Below, one piece after another: positions 27,473 to 37,989 of a DNA stretch of 64,000 nt (the first letter of the stretch is position 1; every line of letters starts with the position of its first letter). The notes below the pieces were generated by a model. That model was not told the origin of the DNA. It searched no databases and saw only the letters and a list, made by a program, of their open reading frames with translations. This DNA is from Oligoflexia bacterium (GTDB taxonomy: Bacteria; Bdellovibrionota; UBA1018). The stretch spans positions 160,001 to 224,000 of the forward strand of contig CAVWVI010000001.1 in assembly GCA_963758495.1 (NCBI GenBank), read 5' to 3'. A program made the position numbers and the translations under genes.

Positions 27473-28954
27473 ATGACCTACCAGCTACGACCTCAACAGC
27501 TCATTGATGCGTTGAATCAGAAAATTCTCGTCGCAGTTACACTCATTATTCCAGCTAAGAACTCTTCACATACCCTTGAGTCTACGGTGATTCAAGCTCA
27601 TCACTATTTGACTCATCGATTTCCTCAATCCTTTGAGATCATTATAGTTCCAAACCCCTCTAAAAATGATCTTGAGGATCAATCTCTTTTTATTGCAGAG
27701 CAGCTTGCCAAAAAGCTTCCTTTCGTCAGAAGTTGTCTTCATACAGGTCCCGTAGGAAAAGGCGCGGCGATTCGAACTGGTTTTTTAAATTCTCGGGGTA
27801 AATGGATTTTTTTCACAGATGCAGATCTTCCTTATGATCTCAGCTTTTTTGATGAAGCGGCAAAACTACTGGAATCAGGCTTTGATTTAGTCAACGGAAA
27901 CAGAAGACTTCCATCCAGTCAGTTCCACGTTCCGGTCAGTCTTCTTCCTCTCGCTTATGGGAGACATCGCTTGGGACTCGGATTCAATCAGCTCGTTCGT
28001 TGGCTATTCCCCATTACGACAACAGACACTCAAGCGGGAATTAAAGCCCTTTCGAGAAGACTCGCCATTCAATCATTTTCTCGTCAAACTTGTCCTGGCT
28101 TTCTTTTTGACTTGGAACTTTTTTTAACGGCTTATGGTCAGGGGTACTCTCAAATAGAATTACCCGTAACGCTGTATTTGAATACGGAAAAAAGTACTGT
28201 TAGAATTTTAAGAGAATGCTTACTTGTCGCAAATTGGCTCATTCGCATAGCGTGGAAAAACAAAAGAAACTATTATGGACACCCCATGGCTCATAAAAAG
28301 AAAATCATGGCTCGATATCAACAAGCTTCTCTTGGAACAAGACTTTTTCTTTTCGCGCGCTGGTATCTCACTCCCTACTCTCGAATGGCTGCGCACCTTC
28401 CTGTGCAGGGTAACGTTTTAGATTTAGGTTGCGGACATGGACTTTTTGCCTTAGCGGCGGGGATGCGATTTCCTTCACGGAAAATTCTTGGAATTGATCA
28501 TGATCCAGAGAGAATTGCACTGGGATCACACGCCATTCGTGACTTTCCTAATATTCGCTTAGAAGCTGGAAGTATCAGTCAGCCCCCTCAAAGCTCCACC
28601 CTTTATACTGGCATCTCCATGATTGATGTGATGCATTATTTTGAACCCGAAATTCAGAAAAAACTATTAAAACAATCTTTTGAACTATTAGAAAAAGGAG
28701 GAACTCTTTTAGTTCGTGAAGTGGATCCTAACGGAGGTATGACCTCCTATTGGAATCGTCTTTATGAAAAGATAGCCACTCGCATTGGATTTACCCGAGC
28801 AGAGAAGAAAGGCCTCCACTTTCGTTCTCAACAGGGATGGAAGAACCTCTTAGAGACGATTGGATTCAAAGTCAACTCCGAGCGTTGCAGTAGCTTGCTT
28901 TTTGCGGATATTTTATACATTTGTGAACGACCCCATGAATCGCACATACAATAA
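27473..28954 (+). CDS. GT2 (polyprenyl-phosphate glycosyltransferase-like) fused to a class I SAM methyltransferase
   Basis: LIIPAKN, GKGAAIRTG, FTDADL, DTQAGIK; then VLDLGCGHG and DVMHY. Confidence 0.88.
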   Translation: MTYQLRPQQLIDALNQKILVAVTLIIPAKNSSHTLESTVIQAHHYLTHRFPQSFEIIIVPNPSKNDLEDQSLFIAEQLAKKLPFVRSCLHTGPVGKGAAIRTGFLNSRGKWIFFTDADLPYDLSFFDEAAKLLESGFDLVNGNRRLPSSQFHVPVSLLPLAYGRHRLGLGFNQLVRWLFPITTTDTQAGIKALSRRLAIQSFSRQTCPGFLFDLELFLTAYGQGYSQIELPVTLYLNTEKSTVRILRECLLVANWLIRIAWKNKRNYYGHPMAHKKKIMARYQQASLGTRLFLFARWYLTPYSRMAAHLPVQGNVLDLGCGHGLFALAAGMRFPSRKILGIDHDPERIALGSHAIRDFPNIRLEAGSISQPPQSSTLYTGISMIDVMHYFEPEIQKKLLKQSFELLEKGGTLLVREVDPNGGMTSYWNRLYEKIATRIGFTRAEKKGLHFRSQQGWKNLLETIGFKVNSERCSSLLFADILYICERPHESHIQ

Positions 28955-31859
28955 CCTCAACCATAGCTTTACCCATAACTTCACCCATACCTTCAAAAGA
29001 AGGCTGCCAAAATTAGCCGTCTTCCTCACCTTCTGTCTCGCACTGATCACCCTCCCTCTCTACGCCCTAAAAATCAGCCAGAAGCAAGGCTACACAGATT
29101 TTGATGTCTACTACCGAGCGGTAGAGCGAGTCAAAAACCTCGCCTGGGATCAAGTTTATAATTTAAAAGATGGGGCTTCGCCATTTAGATATGCACCTCT
29201 TTTCATTCCTTTTTTTCGCCCGTTCGCAGAGTTCACTCTCCCACATGCACGTTTAGTGTGGTTTTTCCTTCAATACTTTTGGTTCGGTTTAGGCTTTTAC
29301 TGGATTTATCGCAGTCTCAGACTTTGCCTCAATTCTCGAAACCCAAAAGAGGCCCTGACGATCTCTTGTTTAGCACTTCTTTTTATATTTAGATTTTGTT
29401 TAGATACATTTACCATTGGGCAAGTTTCAAGTTTAATGTTTTTAGGGTTCTGTGGAAGTCTTTATGCTTGGCTACAAAGAAGCCCTATCCTTGCCGCAGC
29501 CGGACTTCTGGTACCGACTCTTTTTAAAATAGGACCCGGATTTCTCTTCGGAGTTTTCGCTGCCTCTAGACCTCCAGAAAAAAAGCGTGTTGCAAAATCT
29601 GCTTTAACCCTGACTTTAGTCATCACGGCTTTTTCCTCACTTACGTTAGGGTCTTGGGATCTCAATCGGAAACTCTGGTTGGATTGGAGTACGATTGTCG
29701 CAAACGATTCCGTCTATTACGATGCATCTCACTATGGGAGCCAATCTCTCAAAAGTGTTTTACTTCGCTGGGCACAAAGAGGATGGATCACTCTATCTAC
29801 GGCACATCAATCTTACGCGATCTTCAGTGTCTTGATTTGTTTGGGCGTTGCCCTATTTTGGCTTCTCAGAAGACCACGCACTCTCTATGGTCGTGGATTA
29901 TTTTTCTGCCTAGGCTTGTTTGTCTACCTTTGGGTGATGCCTGAAACATTTAAATATTCTCTCACCTCACTGGCAATTCCTGTGGCTTTTTTATTTGCGG
30001 CGTCTCCCAAAAGTATTTTTAATCGGTTTGCACTGATCTTTGGAATTATCACTTTATCCCTCGGTGGAAAAGATCTAGTCAGCGATTCCTGGTTCTTTGA
30101 CTCTCAAATTTACTCGATACCTTTTCTCGCTACGGTATTTCTTGCGATTGAGATCTTTCGATTAGCTTGGCAAAACTCCTCACCTTCGTCCACTGGACGA
30201 TGGATCTCCGACGCATGGAATTCCAGTAATCAATCACCAGGCCCCTGGGCGTCACCGCCTCATGCGATCCGAAGTCACGAGGTCTCACTTCTCATCCCCA
30301 TTCCGCTCCAGAAGTCATCCGCCATTAACTTGGATTTGCTGGAAAAATTCGTCCAGGATTTTCATGCACTTCTTAGAACAGAATCTGGCAGTCGTTTTGA
30401 GATTTTATTTATCATTTATGGAGATTGCTTCAGTCAGCTCAATCCCATTTATCAATATTTAAAAAAAGTATCTGAAAAACTCGATTCCATTCAACTTCTG
30501 ATTCATCCCGAAGTCCGAGGTCGTGGGTCAGCACTTCGCGCCGGATTTTTGGCTTCCAAAGGAAAACGAATTTTCACTTCACAAATACAGCAACCCTGTG
30601 ATGCTCGATTTTTTAAAGAAGCACTCCACTTGCTGAATTCAGGTTTTGACTTAGTTCGAGCCAATCGTCGACTTTCTGAAAGTCAATTCCAAATTCCTGT
30701 AAGACTCTTGCCGCTGGTTTATGGTCGCCATCGCTTAGGCCTTTTATTCAATCGACTGGTTCGAGCCACCCTTCCCATTCAGACCACAGACACTCATTCC
30801 GGCACTTGGGCGATGTCCTGGAGACTGGCTATCGCTGCATTCAGCGTACAGACTTCTCCAGATTTTTTATTTGATATAGAACTCAATCTCAGCGCATTAG
30901 GTCATGGATATCGTGAAAAAGACTTACCCGTTTCTCTTTCGTTAGGAAAAGAAAAATCATTTCAGCAGATGATTTTAGAAACCTTCAGTATCCTGCGAGG
31001 ACTTCCCGTTTTAGCTTGGCGCTTTCGAAATGGCTGCTATGGCCCGTTACCCACACCTACTGGAATTACTGCAGATGATTGGGGCCTATCACCCGAAATT
31101 AATCGAAGTATTCTCGAACTCGCTCAACTCGGAGTCATACGAAGAGTTTCAATAATGGCTCAGGGTGCCTATCTCCAAGAGGGTCTCAAAGAACTCTGTT
31201 CACTCAAAAATATTGATTTAGGATTGCATTTCAACCTCACTTATGGAAAGCCATCCCCCCAGAATCACCATGTGGATTCAAGGCTCCTAGAAAATACGGG
31301 GCATCTCAAAGGCTGCTTCATCTCCTCTCCTCAAAAGTTCATGCTCCGGTGGCTTGGGCTTCGAAGCCTTGCCAAAAGTCAGGTCAAAAATCAGGCCAAA
31401 AATCATGTTCGCACAGAACTCCAATGCCAATTGAAGAAGCTACAGAGCACAGGCATTCAAATTCGCTATTTAGATGGCCACCATCACATCCATTTGGTCC
31501 CAGGTTTAATCGACTCGATTGCCGATCTGATTCAAAATGCGGGAATTCATCAAATCCGCCTTCCCTATGATCTGAGCCTCTGGCGAACTGCTCAGTTCCC
31601 TTTGATCTTTTTATCCTTGTGGGCTCGTTCAAAATTAATATTTTATGGTTTTCAGTCTCTTCCTTGCATTTATCCTCAACACCCTGTTTTTCAAGACCAA
31701 GGCCTCTTACGAGCACTCTTGATAAAAAATCCTCACTCTGAAGTGATTGTTCATCCAGCAAGAAAGAATGATCTGGACCAATTGGAATTTCCGGACTCTT
31801 ACACAGAAGGACGCGTGATAGAATATCGAGCTTTAAAAATGTTAAGCACTGATCGGTAA
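28935..31859 (+). CDS. Fusion: GT87/DUF2029 membrane glycosyltransferase + degenerate GT2 + YdjC/ChbG-like deacetylase
   Basis: DFDVYY...PFRYAP...GQV; GT2 paralog with QIQ in place of DAD; ITADDWG, GLHFNL, LDGHHHIH and EVIVHP. Start moved to ATG 28935. Confidence 0.8.
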   Translation: MNRTYNNLNHSFTHNFTHTFKRRLPKLAVFLTFCLALITLPLYALKISQKQGYTDFDVYYRAVERVKNLAWDQVYNLKDGASPFRYAPLFIPFFRPFAEFTLPHARLVWFFLQYFWFGLGFYWIYRSLRLCLNSRNPKEALTISCLALLFIFRFCLDTFTIGQVSSLMFLGFCGSLYAWLQRSPILAAAGLLVPTLFKIGPGFLFGVFAASRPPEKKRVAKSALTLTLVITAFSSLTLGSWDLNRKLWLDWSTIVANDSVYYDASHYGSQSLKSVLLRWAQRGWITLSTAHQSYAIFSVLICLGVALFWLLRRPRTLYGRGLFFCLGLFVYLWVMPETFKYSLTSLAIPVAFLFAASPKSIFNRFALIFGIITLSLGGKDLVSDSWFFDSQIYSIPFLATVFLAIEIFRLAWQNSSPSSTGRWISDAWNSSNQSPGPWASPPHAIRSHEVSLLIPIPLQKSSAINLDLLEKFVQDFHALLRTESGSRFEILFIIYGDCFSQLNPIYQYLKKVSEKLDSIQLLIHPEVRGRGSALRAGFLASKGKRIFTSQIQQPCDARFFKEALHLLNSGFDLVRANRRLSESQFQIPVRLLPLVYGRHRLGLLFNRLVRATLPIQTTDTHSGTWAMSWRLAIAAFSVQTSPDFLFDIELNLSALGHGYREKDLPVSLSLGKEKSFQQMILETFSILRGLPVLAWRFRNGCYGPLPTPTGITADDWGLSPEINRSILELAQLGVIRRVSIMAQGAYLQEGLKELCSLKNIDLGLHFNLTYGKPSPQNHHVDSRLLENTGHLKGCFISSPQKFMLRWLGLRSLAKSQVKNQAKNHVRTELQCQLKKLQSTGIQIRYLDGHHHIHLVPGLIDSIADLIQNAGIHQIRLPYDLSLWRTAQFPLIFLSLWARSKLIFYGFQSLPCIYPQHPVFQDQGLLRALLIKNPHSEVIVHPARKNDLDQLEFPDSYTEGRVIEYRALKMLSTDR

Positions 31860-31866
31860 AAAGCCC

Positions 31867-33204
31867 ATGAAAAAATTTAAACTCACTCCCTCTTGGATTA
31901 CTTTCCTTTCACTTGCACTTTTTGCAGGTACAATTTTACGTCTGATTTATGTCAATGACATGGAATATAAGGAAGATGAGGAATATAACTTTACTCAATC
32001 TCAACTCATAGGAACCACCCAACCTTGGCCTTGGTACGGAATTCCCTCTGGAGTCTACTTAGTGAATCCTGGAATGAGTATTTGGGTATTTACTCTCTTA
32101 GCAAAACTTTTTGGAATCCACCAACCCACTTCCTTAGCTCATGCCGTTCAACTCTTTGCACTTCTAGGAATTTGCCTCGTCATTCCTTTCACTTTACGAT
32201 TTGTAGCAGACGAAGAAAAAAGAGACTGGCTTTGGGCTTATGCTTTAGCCATGGTGAACCCTTTTTTGATTTTGTATCAAAGAAAACTTTGGCCCGAGCC
32301 ATTCCTTCCCTTCTTTACGATGCTCACGCTCATGGGATGGTGGAAAAGAGATCAGAAATGGGGAGCTTTTCTCTGGGGGATCATTGGTGCTTGCCTTGGG
32401 CAAATCCATATGAGTGGATTTTTCTTTGGGGCAGCGCTTTTTCTCTGGACTGCCGTGTTCGGTAAAAGGCTCAAAGTCAAAGCTCAGGAAACTCGGTGGA
32501 AATGGTGGCTCATTGGATCCACACTCGGTGCTCTGCCTCTCATTCCATGGCTCTCCTATATCCTTCAACATCCGATTCATGGGAGCATGAGTGCAGGTTG
32601 GAATGAAATCATTCAGTTCAAATACTGGGCTTTTTGGATCACCGATGCCTTGGGACTTCACCTCGGAAATCCTCTCGGCCTCCTTCGTGGCCCTCAGTTG
32701 TCACAGATTTCAGATTTTATTCGTTATCCGATCCTCTTTGAACACGCTACTTATCTCGTGGGATTAGCTCATTTACTCACAGCCTTCCTAGCAGTTTGGA
32801 TTTTCAGTCGATGGCTCAAGTCTCATAGAGTATCCGGTACAGTATCCGGTACAGTATCCGGTACAGTATCCGGTACGTTATCTGGTTCCGATTTTGAGAT
32901 CATCGGATACAATTCTGAGACTGCTTTCGTGCAAAATTCAGCGCTCTGGGGATGTGGGATTCTCTTGACCCTCACAGGTGTGGTCATCCGTCGTTACTAT
33001 ATGACAATTACCTTTCCTCTTGAATTCATTTTCTGGGTGCGCATGGCCCGTACAGATACAAAACTAGGTCAAAAACTGCTGACTGCCTTATGGATCTGCG
33101 AATTCTTGATTTCAGCCCATTTCGTCGGCTATATTCATGTCAATCAGGGTTCGATCGATGGGGATTATGGAAAAGCGTATCATCTGATCAAAAACAATCA
33201 TTAA
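31867..33204 (+). CDS. GT-C (ArnT/PMT-like) multi-TM glycosyltransferase-like protein
   Basis: LRL...EYKEDE after TM1, NP...YQRKLW and QIHMSG; about 10 TM segments. Confidence 0.65.
   Translation: MKKFKLTPSWITFLSLALFAGTILRLIYVNDMEYKEDEEYNFTQSQLIGTTQPWPWYGIPSGVYLVNPGMSIWVFTLLAKLFGIHQPTSLAHAVQLFALLGICLVIPFTLRFVADEEKRDWLWAYALAMVNPFLILYQRKLWPEPFLPFFTMLTLMGWWKRDQKWGAFLWGIIGACLGQIHMSGFFFGAALFLWTAVFGKRLKVKAQETRWKWWLIGSTLGALPLIPWLSYILQHPIHGSMSAGWNEIIQFKYWAFWITDALGLHLGNPLGLLRGPQLSQISDFIRYPILFEHATYLVGLAHLLTAFLAVWIFSRWLKSHRVSGTVSGTVSGTVSGTLSGSDFEIIGYNSETAFVQNSALWGCGILLTLTGVVIRRYYMTITFPLEFIFWVRMARTDTKLGQKLLTALWICEFLISAHFVGYIHVNQGSIDGDYGKAYHLIKNNH
32829..32876 (+). repeat. 12-bp coding tandem repeat x4 (VSGT)
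   Basis: (AGTATCCGGTAC)4, perfect. Confidence 0.95.
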
Positions 33205-33317
33205 AAATGGAAAATAGAAGCTCATTTTAAGGCTTTTCTTTGCAATCACTCAATCTTTTCCCTTGACTCCTCTAGGCACAAAGTTAAATTTAGATCTATA
33301 AGGAGAATAAGTATTTC

Positions 33318-33677
33318 ATGGCTAAAAAAAATAGTAATAAGAAATTTAACGTTTTGAATTCACTCTACGAAGGCGTGCTCAGCATTGCTCAAGTCACCAA
33401 AAAGGGTGAAGTCAGAATCAAACGATCTGACCTTAAGAAACTGATTGAAGATACATTCACAGCAGGCGCTAAAAAAGCATCTTCTGGCGAGCGCATTCGT
33501 TTCCCTGTCATCGGCGCTTTAGTACGTAAAGACGTAAAAGCTCGTAAAGCTGGAAAAGGAAAGAATCCTTTCACTGGCGAAGACATGACCATTAAGGCAC
33601 GTCCTGCTACCAAGAAACCTCGTTGGTCCTTTCCTCGTTCATTGAAAGAGACCTTTGCTGAAAAGAAAAACTGGTAA
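33318..33677 (+). CDS. HU/IHF family DNA-binding protein
   Basis: GERIRFPVIG...RKAGKGKNPFTGE.MTIKARPA. Confidence 0.9.
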   Translation: MAKKNSNKKFNVLNSLYEGVLSIAQVTKKGEVRIKRSDLKKLIEDTFTAGAKKASSGERIRFPVIGALVRKDVKARKAGKGKNPFTGEDMTIKARPATKKPRWSFPRSLKETFAEKKNW

Positions 33678-33724
33678 TTCGTTTAGCGTCTGAACTTGAT
33701 CTGAACATTCAGTTCAATGTTTTT

Positions 33725-33766
33725 GGGATTCTCCTCGCCGTCGTAAACGGCGGGGATTCCTTTTTA
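33725..33766 (+). terminator. Intrinsic terminator between convergent HU and acylase genes
   Basis: CCTCGCCGT-cgtaa-ACGGCGGGG hairpin followed by a T run. Confidence 0.7.
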
Positions 33767-36118
33767 AAAAGAAAAATCGAACACTACCCTCTTCACTTGA
33801 CCCTTAATCTTTGTCCAATCCACCGGAAAATTTTTTCTCTGTAATTTACATTGAGCCCATCTTTCCCATTCAGAATCAGGACTATCCAGTTGTGGGTTTG
33901 CAATATCTTGATTTGCACCTGCTAAAACAGCATAAACTTCTGGGGGCTGAGACATTTCCACAATCAATCGCTGAGAAGCACCTGCATAATGGCTAAAATG
34001 ATCTTGCATCCATTCAGAACTTCCTGGGTTGACTGAAAAGTCATCTCCCGGAGTACTGATTGCTTTTACGCGAAAAAATTCATCACCCGCAAGATGTCCA
34101 AAAGAATTCAAATGCACCTGACCCCAACTCAATAGGGTCTGATTTTTCATAAATTTTAAATCTTCTAGCGCAAGTAAAAAAGAATCGTAAACGCTCGTTT
34201 CAAAAGCAGGCTCGATCGGTAAATTTAATTTACGATAAAGTGCATTGATATTGACTTGTAGATCATCATTCAAACGATTCATCCATCGACGATAGAGGCC
34301 GCAAGCAACGCACTCTCGATTCGTTTCATAGTTCCAGTTTTTGAGTACATCCAAAGCAGGGAGTATCACTGTTTTAAGATCTGAAGCAGCGACTTTCTTT
34401 TCCAAAATCGTAAGGAGCTGAGGAAGTACAAACCGTGCATCCACCGCCTGGACATCGCACTGAATTCTCTGGGAAGACGCCAAATTATGAAACTTCGTTT
34501 TTTGAAGTAATTCTTCTATTCGAAAGGCTCTGAATCCAAATTCATGAGCTTTGCCTTGACTCCAACGGGCATCTTTAGGCCATTGCTGATTATTTGCAGT
34601 AGCAATATATCCCCGAGCAGGATTGAGAGTATGAGGCATTTCAGAAGGAGCTAAAGGGTGAGTCAATGCCGGGGAGTTTTCAATTTGTTCTAAAGTTTCT
34701 ACAGGAATACCAAAAGAATCATTTTTCTCCTGACGAGGAATTCGACCTACAGCACGATAACCCACGCCACCTTGATCATCTGCTAAAACAAAATTCCAAC
34801 TGGGCACACCCACTTGAGAAAGAACTTGATCTGCCTCAGCTACTGAGTGACTCTTCATGAGATCAAAAAAAGGAGTTATTTCCTTTGCAAGTAGATCAAA
34901 CCCCGTCCATTGCAATACCAGTGCTTTTTCAGCAGAGGAAGGCAAAGGTAGAATTGGAAAACTCTTGGGTGTTCTTCGAAAAGATTTAAAGAAAAAAGGT
35001 AATTTAAACTTCCAAACTTTAACCCAGATGACCGGCCAAAAGGATTGAGCTTCATTTTTCCCTTGGAGTTCCTTCTCTGAAACGGCCACCAAGCGCGCTG
35101 CGGGTAAAAAAGAATTAGTCAGTCCCCAGCTCAAATGTAAGTTTGCACCACTCGCAATAAAAGGGACTCCTGGAAAAGTAGCCCCTATGGCGTTGATATC
35201 GCCAGCATCTAAATGAATCCAATGCCAAAATGCAGGACGTGTGAGGCGAAGATGGGGATCATTTGCAAGCCAAGCATGATGTGACTGACTTCTACGTGGA
35301 CTGATCACCCAATTATTACTCCCCGTCCCAGGCCCTTGCCAAACAGAGGAGAGTTGTAGGTAGGACTCAGTCGTGAGTAACTCCTGGAGCGCAATTGACT
35401 CCGGGACAGAGTGCTGGTTTTGGGATTGCGTTTTAGACTGATTAGGTTTTTGAGAAGAAGACTTTGGATATTCCCCTTCCTTTAATATCGAAGTATCCCA
35501 CGGAAGATCAATTGGATTGAAAAGTGAAGAAGCCTGATCACCCTGTTTTTCTTCCCATTTTCTTTGATCTAACTGAATTTGAAAACTTCGCCGGGTTTGA
35601 TCAAACGATTGAAGCAAGATTAAGCTTAAAGAATCTTCTGGACTCCAAGGTTCTGGAAGATAGCCCAACTCATTAAATTCATACACACCTCGATCCACCG
35701 CCTCTTTCATGCCTTGATTCGCTCCCCGAGCGTAGGCCTGAAAAATGCTTTGATCTTGAGGATTCATCTGTTTAAAGATCGCTTTTGCTTTCTCTGGCAG
35801 ATTTAAAATCCGCAAAAAGAAATCAGACCGAAAGGAACTCATTCCAAAAAACTCAGCTTTGCGCCCCTGAACCGTTTTTTTAAAGAAATCCATTTCCCAT
35901 GCACGGTCTCTGCCATGGATATAACCCAAACAGGCTATACCCGATAGAGTGTCAGCAGCATGGATATGAGGAATCCCTTGCTCATCATCCCAAATTTCGC
36001 AACTCGCAGGAGTCGATCCAAAAGTAGCTGTGGAAAAATAAGGCGAAAAATAAAACCCGAAAAACCCTATAAGAAAAATCGTTAAACTCTTTCTTAAGAT
36101 TCGATGACCTTCCACCAA
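33764..36118 (-). CDS. Penicillin acylase family Ntn-hydrolase
   Basis: DEQGIPHIHA, GSNNW (N-terminal nucleophile Ser), LANDPHL and TANN. Confidence 0.93.
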   Translation of the reverse strand: MVEGHRILRKSLTIFLIGFFGFYFSPYFSTATFGSTPASCEIWDDEQGIPHIHAADTLSGIACLGYIHGRDRAWEMDFFKKTVQGRKAEFFGMSSFRSDFFLRILNLPEKAKAIFKQMNPQDQSIFQAYARGANQGMKEAVDRGVYEFNELGYLPEPWSPEDSLSLILLQSFDQTRRSFQIQLDQRKWEEKQGDQASSLFNPIDLPWDTSILKEGEYPKSSSQKPNQSKTQSQNQHSVPESIALQELLTTESYLQLSSVWQGPGTGSNNWVISPRRSQSHHAWLANDPHLRLTRPAFWHWIHLDAGDINAIGATFPGVPFIASGANLHLSWGLTNSFLPAARLVAVSEKELQGKNEAQSFWPVIWVKVWKFKLPFFFKSFRRTPKSFPILPLPSSAEKALVLQWTGFDLLAKEITPFFDLMKSHSVAEADQVLSQVGVPSWNFVLADDQGGVGYRAVGRIPRQEKNDSFGIPVETLEQIENSPALTHPLAPSEMPHTLNPARGYIATANNQQWPKDARWSQGKAHEFGFRAFRIEELLQKTKFHNLASSQRIQCDVQAVDARFVLPQLLTILEKKVAASDLKTVILPALDVLKNWNYETNRECVACGLYRRWMNRLNDDLQVNINALYRKLNLPIEPAFETSVYDSFLLALEDLKFMKNQTLLSWGQVHLNSFGHLAGDEFFRVKAISTPGDDFSVNPGSSEWMQDHFSHYAGASQRLIVEMSQPPEVYAVLAGANQDIANPQLDSPDSEWERWAQCKLQRKNFPVDWTKIKGQVKRVVFDFSF

Positions 36119-37131
36119 CGCCCCCCCATTCGATGAGGTATTCTATTTGTTATAATCTGCCCTATAATAGCAGCTGTGACCGTAGGTCTTTCTAAATGAA
36201 TACTATGTCCTATGTTACGCAGTACAATAGCATGATGTTTTTTATTTTCATCTTGATGTAAACTACGAAGCCAAGCTGCTGAACAACGTGCCGGAATTAA
36301 TGTGTCTTTCTCACCCCAAAGCAACCAAACCTTTGATTTAATTTGCTTAGCAAGAGGGTCTAATGCATGATCTTCTCGAAACGTTGACATAAATAGCCGA
36401 ATATCATCTCGTTTGATAAACCTTCTAAAATCAGGAACGATCCAAGAAAACCAGCGAGGCTCTTTTACAAAAAGATGGGGCCGTAGTATTTTAAAGCCCT
36501 CTTCCTTAACTTGATTAAAAATCGCTTTCCAATCTTCTTTAGTCGCTTCATCACCAAAGAGGCCAGAGGGGTTAGCCAACATCAGAGTATCAGGACCTGA
36601 ATAGTTTTGACGATTAGAAAGAGGCCTAACCCCTGTGCCACAAAGCACTGCATAATGCGCAACCATCCAAGCCCCCAACGAATGACCTATAATCGTATGA
36701 GGCTTAAGCGAATCCAAAGTATCATTGAGTACAGACATCATGAGATCAAAGGAAGGAAACGCTTTCTCTTTTGAAAGAAAGCCTCCAAATCCAGGAAAAT
36801 CGACTAAAATCACTTCATCAAAAGATTGTTTTAAAACCGGCTGGAGCAAGCCAACAACAATAGCCCAAGAAAGCGGAGAATCCCCAAACCCAGGAATTAA
36901 GACAAATCGTTTAGGATAAGCGTCTTTTTGAGGTTTTTTTCTCAAGACCTTTCGCCAATAGCCCAGCTTGACCTCTCCATTTCGCCGAGTCTCCCATTGA
37001 TAACCTCTCATTTTAAAGTAGGCTTTAGCAAGCAAGTGAAATGCCTGCAAAACAGAGACGTTTTTTGGAAATGTAAAACTTCGTTTTTCTATCTGATTCA
37101 GTTCCTGAGACATGTTATTTTTCTTTATCAA
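36094..37131 (-). CDS. Alpha/beta hydrolase
   Basis: PGFG, GHSLGA, WGEKD and GHSIHLE. Confidence 0.9.
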   Translation of the reverse strand: MIKKNNMSQELNQIEKRSFTFPKNVSVLQAFHLLAKAYFKMRGYQWETRRNGEVKLGYWRKVLRKKPQKDAYPKRFVLIPGFGDSPLSWAIVVGLLQPVLKQSFDEVILVDFPGFGGFLSKEKAFPSFDLMMSVLNDTLDSLKPHTIIGHSLGAWMVAHYAVLCGTGVRPLSNRQNYSGPDTLMLANPSGLFGDEATKEDWKAIFNQVKEEGFKILRPHLFVKEPRWFSWIVPDFRRFIKRDDIRLFMSTFREDHALDPLAKQIKSKVWLLWGEKDTLIPARCSAAWLRSLHQDENKKHHAIVLRNIGHSIHLERPTVTAAIIGQIITNRIPHRMGGRWWKVIES

Positions 37132-37170
37132 ACATTTTTACAAATTGGAAATTATGCTATTTCCTTTTGC

Positions 37171-37974
37171 ATGATTTCCTCCCAAAGTCGTCTGAATATT
37201 GGCCGCCGTAACCTCTTTTTATTACTTAACTTTACACTAGGCATCCTCCCTAGCTTTGCCTTTTTTAGCTGGATCGAGCGAAATGCAAGTCTACCTTGGA
37301 TAGGCGTCTATTTTAATTGGCCATGGGTTTCTCTTGCCCAAGAATCCTTATTCATACGAAGTGCCTTGAATATTACCCTCTTTCTTTTTTTTGGCATGAT
37401 TCACTCCCTTTTCGCACAACCCCAAGTGCACCGTTTCTTAGAAGCATGGGTTCCACCTCAAGCACTCAGAACAGTGTTCATGATGTTAACTGGCATATCT
37501 CTTATTTTTTTAATGGGTTTTTGGCAAAGCACAGGCATCATTCTCTGGGTACTTCATCTTCCTCAACCCGTACTCACTCTTTCATCTCTACTCTTATTCT
37601 GGTTATTCATGGGGGGATGTGGAATCATCCTCAGTCAGTTTGATACCTTCCACTTTTTAGGAATTCGCCAACTGAGTCAAAGTAAACAAGAATTGAATCA
37701 TACCAGCGGAAATCAGACACTCAATCAGTCTGGGATTTATAAATATGTCAGACACCCTATTTATACACTGACTCTTTTAGCGATTTTTATCACACCCATC
37801 ATGAGTCTAGATAGAGCACTCTTAGGGTTTGCGATGGGCCTCTACTTGATGGTAGGCATCCCCATTGAAGAAAAAAAATTACTCCTCCTTTTTGGAGAGG
37901 CTTATCAAAACTATCGTAAACAAGTTCCAGCATTAATTCCTAAGTGGAATCACTTTACTTTCAGAAATAAATAA
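37171..37974 (+). CDS. Isoprenylcysteine carboxylmethyltransferase family (NnrU/MddA-like) membrane methyltransferase
   Basis: LFFGMIHSLFA, FLGIRQL, GIYKYVRHPIY and EEKKL...FGEAYQNYRKQVP; start moved to ATG 37171. Confidence 0.85.
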   Translation: MISSQSRLNIGRRNLFLLLNFTLGILPSFAFFSWIERNASLPWIGVYFNWPWVSLAQESLFIRSALNITLFLFFGMIHSLFAQPQVHRFLEAWVPPQALRTVFMMLTGISLIFLMGFWQSTGIILWVLHLPQPVLTLSSLLLFWLFMGGCGIILSQFDTFHFLGIRQLSQSKQELNHTSGNQTLNQSGIYKYVRHPIYTLTLLAIFITPIMSLDRALLGFAMGLYLMVGIPIEEKKLLLLFGEAYQNYRKQVPALIPKWNHFTFRNK

Positions 37975-37989
37975 GCAACGATCTCGAAC

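Noticed and set aside
36928..37170. Long N-terminal extensions in the ORF track (also 15689-15763, 19138-19218, 28860-28934, 58552-58593, 60222-60398)
   Set aside because: They overlap neighbouring genes or precede the family-typical start; downstream ATGs fit better
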